A DNA stretch of 14,176 nucleotides, taken from NCBI GenBank assembly GCA_036339875.1, contig JAYZAC010000126.1:1-14176 (forward strand), given 5' to 3'. Origin of the DNA: a bacterium (GTDB lineage Bacteria > Muiribacteriota > UBA6191). A program made the position numbers and the translations under genes. Below, piece after piece: positions 1-7,775 of this stretch; position 1 is the first letter of the stretch, and each line of letters starts with the position of its first letter. The notes under the pieces are model-generated. The model did not search any database, was not told where the DNA came from, and saw nothing but the letters and a program-made list of their open reading frames with translations.

Positions 1-1095
1 CTGCTTCATCAAGTATAGGCCAAAAATGTTTGCAGCATGCGGAATAATCATACTCTGAAGAGAATTAACCCATTCTAGCTTTGTGATAATGACATATTGA
101 GGAACTATAAACATCATCCCAGGAATCATCATACTTGCCCAAAATGTTACATATAAATAAGTCTTACCAGTAAACTGCTTTTTAGCAAAAACATATCCCC
201 CGAGAGTACAAAGCAGAATAGTTAGAAGGGCCGTACCCACACTAACTATTAAAGAATTAAAGAAAGCCCGACCGAAGGTGAAATCATCGCCCCTGGGATG
301 ATGCCCAAGGATTTTCTTATAATTACCTAAAGTGTATAATTTGTTTGAGAAAAACAATTTGTTAGCTTTATCTAGAGCCTCGACCCGCAAAGCTTTTATC
401 GCATTCTGTCCCTCGAAATCCCTTAAGTTGCGAATTGAGATTCCATACTTCTTTCTAAATTCACGATAGATCTGTATATCTATTTGTGACCAATTTAATT
501 CTCTGTAGCGAGTAGGTTCATCTAAATTGAGTAAAATTTTGGGATCTGATACGAACCAGCGATTTATTAATCGAAGGTTACTAGGATTTAGTAATGGTAT
601 TTCACGCAAGTTAGACGGATTGTCATATTCTCCATTATGATCACGGTAAGTCACAATTATTTGAGCATCTCGTTTACTAAAGCCCAAGTCGAGTAATAAT
701 TTCTCATCCACCTTATTAATATCATATTGAGGGGAAAATTTCGCTCTCAAGGTTCCCTTTTCAGATGGACTTAAAGAGCGTTGAAGCATGTCTGAAAACA
801 ATAGTTCGATTTCTTGCCAACTAGGGACAGAACCAGGTTTGTACAAATCTTTTATTTTTTGCTTTAAGTGTACAGAGCTGACCCCGCTAACATCTAAGCC
901 CATGGTTATCAACTCCGACTTCTTTACCTCCAAAAAGTTTATCTTATTACTGGGAATATATAAAAATTTATCTCCAGTACCCGGCACCTTGAAGGAAGTT
1001 ACAAACATCCATAAAAATGGAAAAAGAAAAAATAATGCTGCGATTGTTAAAATCAAATAGTATACAAGGGAACCTAACCGTTTTTTCAAATTCAT
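1..1095 (-). CDS. Carbohydrate ABC transporter permease (MalG/UgpE-like) with a ~200-aa insertion containing a helix-hairpin-helix module; C-terminus runs off the window
   Basis: Not in the ORF track; translated by hand. The ATG at 1095-1093 overlaps the upstream TAA (TAATG) and the frame is open for 365 codons to position 1. MNLKKRLGSLVYYLILTIAALFFLFPFLWMFVTSFK...YTLGNYKKIL...FFNSLIVSVGTALLTILLCTLGGYVFAKKQFTGK...SMMIPGMMFIVPQY...LEWVNSLQSMIIPHAANIFGLYLMKQ contains typical MalG-family motifs. Confidence 0.92.
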   Translation of the reverse strand, partial: MNLKKRLGSLVYYLILTIAALFFLFPFLWMFVTSFKVPGTGDKFLYIPSNKINFLEVKKSELITMGLDVSGVSSVHLKQKIKDLYKPGSVPSWQEIELLFSDMLQRSLSPSEKGTLRAKFSPQYDINKVDEKLLLDLGFSKRDAQIIVTYRDHNGEYDNPSNLREIPLLNPSNLRLINRWFVSDPKILLNLDEPTRYRELNWSQIDIQIYREFRKKYGISIRNLRDFEGQNAIKALRVEALDKANKLFFSNKLYTLGNYKKILGHHPRGDDFTFGRAFFNSLIVSVGTALLTILLCTLGGYVFAKKQFTGKTYLYVTFWASMMIPGMMFIVPQYVIITKLEWVNSLQSMIIPHAANIFGLYLMKQ

Positions 1096-2033
1096 TAAAC
1101 TTCCTCAGGTGATAACCAACGAGCATTTAAGTAACTTACCAGTAGGGCAAAAATAAGCATTAGATAACTCATAGCCGCCGCATAACCATACTGACCAAAT
1201 GAAAATCTTTCCCAGAGATAAAAGCCTGCTATTTTTGTGGCTCCCAATGTTTGGTTCATAAACAAACCAGTACTATCCACGAATGTTGGACCACCACGCG
1301 CATCTGTCATGGCATAGATCTCTGTAAAACCATTTAAGGCCGCCATAACCCCCGTAACTATCAAAAATAGAATCGTTGGCTTTAATAACGGAAGTGTAAT
1401 GTTGAAAAATGTTTCCCACTTATTAGCCCCATCCAGTGAAGCGGCCTCGTACAAGGCCGGGCTGATGTTACCCAAAGAAGCAAGGAATAAGATCATACCG
1501 AAACCAGAGCCTTTCAATATCATGGCAATAGCAATTGCGGGAAGTGCAATCCAAGGGTCTCCTAAAAAACCTGTCTCATGGAATGCGTCGATACCCATAT
1601 ACCGATCCAAAATCCGCGTCAAAATACCGAACTTCGGGCTATAAATAAGTTGCCAAATAAAACCAACAACTAACATGTCTAAAACATTTGGCAAAAAAAA
1701 CGCAGAACGAAAAAAGGCTTTTCCGAAAAGTCCTGAATTTAATATCAAAGCCAGTAATAAGCTTACAAAAATTGTCCCAGGGATAGTCATTCCAGCATAT
1801 AGAAGCGTCAAAACCATTGACCATCTAAATTCACCATCCTGTAAGAGATCTAAATAATTGCCCCATCCGACCCATTCCATCTTACTGAAAACATCAAATA
1901 GATCGGTATAAACACCGACCTTATAAAAACTTAACCAAAAGGAATAGAAGACTGGAACCAACAAAAATACGGTAAAAATACACAAGAAGGGTAGTAAGAA
2001 TAGATAAGCTGTGAAGTTATCTTTTAATTTCAT
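1095..2033 (-). CDS. Carbohydrate ABC transporter permease (MalF/UgpA-like)
   Basis: 312 aa with multiple hydrophobic segments, AYLFLLP, WVGWGNY, FFRSAFFLP, the EAA loop LYEAASLDGANKWETFFNITLPLLKP, and a C-terminal GYAAAMS. Confidence 0.95.
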   Translation of the reverse strand: MKLKDNFTAYLFLLPFLCIFTVFLLVPVFYSFWLSFYKVGVYTDLFDVFSKMEWVGWGNYLDLLQDGEFRWSMVLTLLYAGMTIPGTIFVSLLLALILNSGLFGKAFFRSAFFLPNVLDMLVVGFIWQLIYSPKFGILTRILDRYMGIDAFHETGFLGDPWIALPAIAIAMILKGSGFGMILFLASLGNISPALYEAASLDGANKWETFFNITLPLLKPTILFLIVTGVMAALNGFTEIYAMTDARGGPTFVDSTGLFMNQTLGATKIAGFYLWERFSFGQYGYAAAMSYLMLIFALLVSYLNARWLSPEEV

Positions 2034-2850
2034 ATTCTAAACTTCCCACAAAAGAAGGTTTTAACCTTAAGCCTATACACTTATTGGGCTCTATCCAACT
2101 AATTGCTGACACACCGCCGCTCTGCATAATCTCTATTTCACCTGTCATCTGCTCTACCGTGTTTGCCGCTAGAAAAGCCGCAATGGCTGCACTAGAACAA
2201 GCTTCAGTCCAACCGCAACCACGTTCCCAAACCTTCAGTTGAATCCAATTTTTACCAATAAAAGCCAGTCCAACATTGATACCATCGGGATATAACTCCG
2301 GTGACTTAAAATGTGATTCTAGCTTTCCCTCTTCTAGCTTGTCAAAGCTAATAAACGGGTTATTGTATAGTAACTCGTTTGGCTTATCTGTAAACTTTGA
2401 AAAAATTGCATGCTCGTTTCCAACATTCCACAACGAGTAGTTGTAATCTGCCAAGCGATGTTCAAATAAGTAGCGATCCTTTATGGAGCTAAACTGTTCT
2501 AAATTCAGTTCGATGTAATCACCCAACTTCGATGTGTAAAAAATACCATTAATAAGCAAGTGCCGCTCAGTATTAAAATATGAAGCAAGGCAAGCAAAAC
2601 CGTTACCGCTGAAAGTAGCGAAAGAACCGTCCGAATTTATTAGAAAGCATTCAACTTTACCATTCTTTAGTTCATGGTGAAGAATTACCCCATCTGCACC
2701 AAACCCTTTTTTTCTGTCGCACAATCTAACAATTGGTTCAACATAAGCCGGTGAGATTTTAGACTGCATTGAACCCATTCGTTTCTCATAATCGATGAGC
2801 GGAGCAATCAAAAAATCATTACCCAAACTCTGGTATTTACGCCAAAACAT
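2017..2850 (-). CDS. dapF: Diaminopimelate epimerase family protein, divergent (Ser/Cys active site)
   Basis: Motifs KYQSLGNDF, LCDRKKGFGADG, INSDGS, SGNG, VGNEHA, YPDGINV, LKVWERGCGWTEACSSA. Start placed at ATG 2850 (MFWRKYQSLGNDF), just after the upstream stop, rather than at 2883. Confidence 0.85.
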   Translation of the reverse strand: MFWRKYQSLGNDFLIAPLIDYEKRMGSMQSKISPAYVEPIVRLCDRKKGFGADGVILHHELKNGKVECFLINSDGSFATFSGNGFACLASYFNTERHLLINGIFYTSKLGDYIELNLEQFSSIKDRYLFEHRLADYNYSLWNVGNEHAIFSKFTDKPNELLYNNPFISFDKLEEGKLESHFKSPELYPDGINVGLAFIGKNWIQLKVWERGCGWTEACSSAAIAAFLAANTVEQMTGEIEIMQSGGVSAISWIEPNKCIGLRLKPSFVGSLEYEIKR

Positions 2851-2854
2851 GTGT

Positions 2855-4606
2855 CTAAAGCTGCGCCAATAGAGTATTGTCAACCTTGGCCGGATACTTC
2901 TTCATGACTTTATTAATAAAACTCGTCAACAACTTATTTTGTTGATCTTTTAACAATAGTTGATGCAAACGATCTCTAACCTCACCAAAGCTGGAGACTT
3001 TTCCGGGTACTGTCTTTACGTATCTTAGAATATGATGACCATTATTGTTAACCCCAGAAATTAACTCTGGATGGACTTCTCCTTCTTGCAAAGTCTCAGC
3101 AATCTGATGCATTTGCGGAGTTACCTCACTCTTATCCAGATAACGCATATCACCACCATGTATTTTGGTGGCTGGATGTTCGCTATGCTCCTTAGCCACT
3201 TGAGCAAAACCTCTTGGGTCATCAAGAACCATATTAAGGACTTTCAACGCCTTACTGCGTTCATTGATGAAAATATGACTGACCCATCGACCTACACTTT
3301 TAACGAATTTATCCTTGTGGATATCATAGTAAGATTTCAAATCTGAATCAGCCACTACTGCTTTCGAAAAAAGCTCTTTACGTTTGAATTCAACAACAAG
3401 CTGTTCTCGGTACGCCTGACCTTTGAAGCTTACTTCTTTGTGGACACCAGCAGAATACTGACTGGGACTTTGCTTATACTTTCTAAATAATAAATCAAAC
3501 TCCATAGCAAGGTCCCTTAGTTCGCCTTGATTCTCCTCTGCTTTTATAAAAAAATCCTTGGGAAGAACACTACGCGCGAGTTTAAGATAGCGTTGCGACA
3601 CAGCTTGGTTATTAATCATGTAAACGCCTTCGGAGTTTAGCTCTACATCGAACTCAAACTTAAGTGGATTGCTTAATTTTGAGAGCAAACTACGAATTCT
3701 TTGAAATGTTAAAGTACTTTGAATGAAGGGAGCAACATTCTTCAGAGGAGAATGCACTTTAAGTGAATCTGAAACCTTCTTCATTAAGAAATAGCGGCCC
3801 TCGAATGGAATTACAGCCGTTAGCTTACCAGCGGATGAAGATCTGAGGACCCTAAGAAACTGAAATGGTATTTTACTCTCCGATTGATTCACATACTTCT
3901 TTTTTTCTAATGAACTCTGTTTAAATTTTTCGAGGCTATTTATTTCCTGTAGTGAAGAGGCCTTATCACTCTCAATTAATTCGAAGTTGTAGACCTCATC
4001 TAATTCAAATAGACTTTTATTATCTTCGTAATAAGATTGTATATCCGTCAGATCGATAGGTTTAATCTGTTGCCTCAGTAATTCGGTTACGAACACTTTG
4101 AATTTAAAGTCATCTAATTGTTTAATAAATCCAACATTCTCTTCAAGACCAGAATCACGGCTATCCTCTAAAATTGCGTAGTGCTTATGAAGTTGTTCCA
4201 AAAATTTCTTTTTTTGCTCCATACGAGGCAAACCGGCAATCTCTGGACGTGATTGATAATCTTGAAATCGTCTATTGAATTCCTGCTTTCGTACAATTGA
4301 TTCACCAACTTTAAGTACCATAGGCTCAATGATTTTTCGTTGAGCTTTGTTTAACTGGTCATCTAGTTTGATTTTATCCCACACCAGTTCTTGAATTTGT
4401 AGCGTAATTTGTTCGGATACTATGCTCGGTAATCGCTTCTTCAGATCGTCCGCAACGGTCTTATTGATGTTTTGACGAAAATCTGTAGATATTAAAAAAG
4501 GAATACCCATAAATTGACCAAGTTGCAATAACAATAAGAAACCCACCAAAAAATACAGTAAATTTATCTTGAGGTTTTGATGATTTGTTTTCAAAGGCTG
4601 ATTCAT
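2855..4606 (-). CDS. Membrane-anchored PpiC-type peptidyl-prolyl isomerase / SurA-PrsA-like foldase
   Basis: 583 aa with an N-terminal hydrophobic anchor (LLYFLVGFLLLLQLGQFMGIPFLI), helical SurA-like segments (DIQSYYEDNKSLF, DLKSYYDIHKDKF) and a C-terminal parvulin domain (VSHIF...FAQVAKEHSEHPATKIHGGDM...GHHILR). Confidence 0.85.
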   Translation of the reverse strand: MNQPLKTNHQNLKINLLYFLVGFLLLLQLGQFMGIPFLISTDFRQNINKTVADDLKKRLPSIVSEQITLQIQELVWDKIKLDDQLNKAQRKIIEPMVLKVGESIVRKQEFNRRFQDYQSRPEIAGLPRMEQKKKFLEQLHKHYAILEDSRDSGLEENVGFIKQLDDFKFKVFVTELLRQQIKPIDLTDIQSYYEDNKSLFELDEVYNFELIESDKASSLQEINSLEKFKQSSLEKKKYVNQSESKIPFQFLRVLRSSSAGKLTAVIPFEGRYFLMKKVSDSLKVHSPLKNVAPFIQSTLTFQRIRSLLSKLSNPLKFEFDVELNSEGVYMINNQAVSQRYLKLARSVLPKDFFIKAEENQGELRDLAMEFDLLFRKYKQSPSQYSAGVHKEVSFKGQAYREQLVVEFKRKELFSKAVVADSDLKSYYDIHKDKFVKSVGRWVSHIFINERSKALKVLNMVLDDPRGFAQVAKEHSEHPATKIHGGDMRYLDKSEVTPQMHQIAETLQEGEVHPELISGVNNNGHHILRYVKTVPGKVSSFGEVRDRLHQLLLKDQQNKLLTSFINKVMKKYPAKVDNTLLAQL

Positions 4607-4639
4607 TTGTCTGTCACCACCGTGTATGAGTCTCGCGAG

Positions 4640-4668
4640 ATTATAGATTGACCCTAAAAGCTTGTCAA
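4640..4668 (-). promoter_or_regulatory. Consensus sigma70 promoter for the leftward operon
   Basis: The minus strand reads TTGACA (4668-4663), a 17-nt spacer, then TATAAT (4645-4640). The predicted start site is near 4633, about 27 nt before ATG 4606, which is preceded by GGTGG. Confidence 0.85.
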
Positions 4669-4769
4669 AATGTATTAGTTTTGAGCCTATTTTGTATATT
4701 TAAAGGTAATTCCTGAATCTAAATTGAAATCAATAATTTTCGTTACTCATGGAGCTTTCACAATGTTTA

Positions 4770-4801
4770 TGCTAGTATTTTGCGCTTTTTGAATTGAGGA
4801 G
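4770..4801 (+). promoter_or_regulatory. Possible extended -10 promoter and ribosome-binding site of the PfkB gene
   Basis: TGcTAGTAT at 4770-4778 (TGn plus -10-like hexamer) and GAGGAG at 4796-4801, 6 nt before ATG 4808. The RBS is clear; the promoter is tentative. Confidence 0.45.
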
Positions 4802-4807
4802 TGAAAA

Positions 4808-5710
4808 ATGAGTGTAACAGCAGTCGGTTCAATTGCACTAGACAGTCTTATTTTACCTAGTGGCAACCATATTGATATTCTTGGGGGATCAGCCTCTCAT
4901 TTCTGCACCTCATGTGCCCTTTTCGATACTACTGTGAACATAGTAGGAGTCGTAGGAAAGGATTTCCCGGAGAAACATATTGAACATTTCAAAAGTAGAA
5001 AAGTTAATACAGAAGATCTCCAAGTTGAAAATGGTAAAACGTTTCGATGGTCGGGTGAGTACAAAATTGATGAAATGGATCAAGCTATAACTCATGACAC
5101 TCAGTTGAATGTTTTCGAGTCTTTCCATCCGGTACTTTCTGATCAGAGCTCTTCACCAAGATTTTTGTTTCTTGGGAATATCCATCCAGGTTTGCAGCAA
5201 GAGGTCGCTCAAAAAGCAGATGCAGACTTGATAATTATGGACACAATGAACCTATGGATTCAAAACACTAAGGAACAATTGATTGAAGCCGTCAAAGAAG
5301 TCAACGTACTTATTATAAACGAAACAGAAGCGCGAGACTTCACAGGTAAGGAGCGTTTAATTGATGCCGCTAGAGTTATTCAGGAAATTGGTCCTAGAGT
5401 TGTGGTTATTAAAAAAGGTGGCGAAGGAGCCATGCTTGTAAATGAAAACGATTTGTTTTTATGTCCTAGCTACCCCGTGAAAGAAGTTGTTGACCCCACG
5501 GGCGCAGGAGACTCATTCGCAGGAGGATTTGTAGGATACTTGGCCGAACAACAAAGTTTATCTACAGAACATTTCAGAAGGGCAGTTGTTCATGGCAACG
5601 TAATGGGCAGTCTCAATGTTGAAGGTGTCGGCTTAAAAGTTCTCTCCGAAAGCAATCGAAAACTAATTGAAGATCGCTACAATGAATATAGAAAGCTAAC
5701 TTCGTTCTGA
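4808..5710 (+). CDS. PfkB/ribokinase-family sugar or nucleoside kinase
   Basis: 300 aa with VGSIALD, LGGSA, VGVVGKDF, IINETEA, VVIKKGGEGA and the PfkB signature DPTGAGDSFAGG. Confidence 0.95.
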   Translation: MSVTAVGSIALDSLILPSGNHIDILGGSASHFCTSCALFDTTVNIVGVVGKDFPEKHIEHFKSRKVNTEDLQVENGKTFRWSGEYKIDEMDQAITHDTQLNVFESFHPVLSDQSSSPRFLFLGNIHPGLQQEVAQKADADLIIMDTMNLWIQNTKEQLIEAVKEVNVLIINETEARDFTGKERLIDAARVIQEIGPRVVVIKKGGEGAMLVNENDLFLCPSYPVKEVVDPTGAGDSFAGGFVGYLAEQQSLSTEHFRRAVVHGNVMGSLNVEGVGLKVLSESNRKLIEDRYNEYRKLTSF

Positions 5711-5769
5711 ACTCGTAGTCCAGACTATCGTTATATCTAGGCACTTTTGGATAGCACAGGAGAGTAATA

Positions 5770-7614
5770 ATGTGTGGAATTGTCGGCTACATTGGATCAA
5801 CCTACCAAGCTAGTCAAATCGTATTAGATGGACTAGAAAAGCTGGAGTATCGTGGTTATGACTCGGCAGGTATCGCTATTTATCAGAAAAGTGATGGCAA
5901 GATTCATGTTCGTAGAGATAGTGGCAAGCTGCGAAACATAAGAAAGCAACTCGAAAAGAATTTAACCAATAACAATGTTGGTATTGGACACACTCGCTGG
6001 GCTACACATGGACGTCCAACACAAAATAATGCGCATCCACACAAAGACCATGAAGGCCGCGTCGTAGTAGTTCATAATGGAATCATCGAGAATTACTTAG
6101 ATATTAAAGAAAAGCTACTCGCATCTGGCCATGAATTTAGCTCTGAAACAGATACTGAGATAGTGGCCCACTTAATTGCCTATCATGATCGAGGTAATCC
6201 TTTCGAAGCATTTATGAGCGCACTTCGCGAGTTAAAAGGAGCCTATGCCTTAGCCATCCTTTTCAGAGATCAACCTGATCAAATTTTTGTTGCTCGCAAG
6301 AATTGTCCACTTTTAGTCGGTATCACAGAGAATGAGGGTCAATTCGTAGCATCAGATGTAGCTCCAATGCTTTCTTACACAAGAGACGTTGTCTTCTTGG
6401 ATGAAAATCAAGCCGGTATTGTCTCTAATGAAGGCTTAAAGCTTTTCTGCGTCAACACTGGAGAACCCATATCATTCCAAATCGAAAGAGTGGAGTGGAA
6501 TCCAGTAATGGCTGAAAAACAGGGTTACAAGCATTTCATGATGAAGGAAATTCATGAACAACCTGATGTGATAAGAAATACTATCGGTACCCGCACTTCC
6601 GAAGAACAAGGTGAGATTCTACTCGAGGATATAGGAATAGATTCAGCTCGCGCTCGAAGCCTTAATAGAATCGTAATTACTGCATGTGGTACGGCTTATT
6701 ACGCAGGCTTAGTAGGAAAGTATCTCCTTGAAAAAGCGGGTCAAATTCCTGTTGATATTGATTTGGCGTCCGAGTTTCGTTACCGAGACCCTATCTTGGA
6801 CGAGAACACACTTGTTATTGCGGTTTCCCAATCAGGTGAAACCGCTGACACTTTGGCAGCGATAGACTTAGCTAAGCAAAAGGGTGCCCACACTTTAGGA
6901 ATTATAAATGTCAAAGGTTCTACCATGACTCGCAAGGTAAACGGGACTCTGTATATTCATGCTGGCCCTGAAATAGGCGTTGCTTCAACAAAGGCATATA
7001 TGGCAATGCTTGTAGCTTTTCAACTTTTGTCAATGTACTTGGGCAGATTACGGGGTAATCTCGAAGCTGAAAGATGTCGCGAATTAATCCATGATCTTAA
7101 AGTTATTCCACAATTGATTGAAGAAATGTTAAAGGAAAAGAAATTGGTAGAAGAAATTGCTTCTAAATATATGAATTTTTCCAATTTCTTATTTTTAGGG
7201 CGAGACATTAATTATCCCACAGCTTTAGAGGGTGCATTAAAATTAAAAGAAATATCATACATCCACGCTGAAGGTTATGCGGCAGGGGAAATGAAGCACG
7301 GTCCAATTGCATTGTTAGATAAAGACTGTCCTGTTGTAGCAGTAATGACCCGTGGCCCACTATATGAAAAAATCGTCTCTAACGTTCAAGAATCAAGATC
7401 GCGGGATTGTAGAGTTTTAGGAATTATAACCAAGAATGATCGCCAAGTTTTGCATCATGTTGATGACGCACTCGAGGTACCCGATATTGATCCTGTGCTT
7501 TCTCCGCTAATTAATGTACTACCCTTACAATTATTTGCATATTATGTAGCAGACCTGAAGGGCGCCGATGTGGACCAACCGCGTAATCTAGCAAAGTCTG
7601 TAACAGTAGAGTAG
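5770..7614 (+). CDS. glmS: Glutamine--fructose-6-phosphate transaminase (isomerizing)
   Basis: 614 aa with MCGIVG, LEYRGYDSAG, GHTRWATHG, SQSGETADT, VASTKA, EGALKLKEISY, GEMKHGP, DQPRNLAKSVTVE. AGGAG RBS at 5758-5762. Confidence 0.99.
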   Translation: MCGIVGYIGSTYQASQIVLDGLEKLEYRGYDSAGIAIYQKSDGKIHVRRDSGKLRNIRKQLEKNLTNNNVGIGHTRWATHGRPTQNNAHPHKDHEGRVVVVHNGIIENYLDIKEKLLASGHEFSSETDTEIVAHLIAYHDRGNPFEAFMSALRELKGAYALAILFRDQPDQIFVARKNCPLLVGITENEGQFVASDVAPMLSYTRDVVFLDENQAGIVSNEGLKLFCVNTGEPISFQIERVEWNPVMAEKQGYKHFMMKEIHEQPDVIRNTIGTRTSEEQGEILLEDIGIDSARARSLNRIVITACGTAYYAGLVGKYLLEKAGQIPVDIDLASEFRYRDPILDENTLVIAVSQSGETADTLAAIDLAKQKGAHTLGIINVKGSTMTRKVNGTLYIHAGPEIGVASTKAYMAMLVAFQLLSMYLGRLRGNLEAERCRELIHDLKVIPQLIEEMLKEKKLVEEIASKYMNFSNFLFLGRDINYPTALEGALKLKEISYIHAEGYAAGEMKHGPIALLDKDCPVVAVMTRGPLYEKIVSNVQESRSRDCRVLGIITKNDRQVLHHVDDALEVPDIDPVLSPLINVLPLQLFAYYVADLKGADVDQPRNLAKSVTVE

Positions 7615-7775
7615 ATTTGGATATAATTAATATATTCATTTTTTATACATTAGCACACTTTTGAACTGCGATTTTTCTTATATCAGTGCGGAACACATAA
7701 TCGTCATTACTCTATCTAAAATAAAAACATAGCGACTATTCAATCAAATAATCAGTTAAATTAAGGAAATTATTA

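Noticed and set aside
788..1857. Short ORFs 788-1060 (+), 1399-1644 (+), 1639-1824 (-), 1675-1857 (+)
   Set aside because: They are antisense or off-frame shadows lying entirely within the two ABC permease genes and have no recognisable motifs.
2851..2883. ORF-track start of dapF at 2883
   Set aside because: It overlaps the end of the foldase gene. DapF homology begins at MFWRKYQSLGNDF (ATG 2850).
5711..5769. glmS ribozyme upstream of glmS
   Set aside because: The intergenic gap is only 59 nt, too short for the ribozyme, and I saw no matching core motif.
7650..7676. TTAGCACAC resembling the left arm of a CIRCE element
   Set aside because: There is no GAGTGCTAA-like right arm 9 nt downstream, and the adjacent genes are not heat-shock chaperones.
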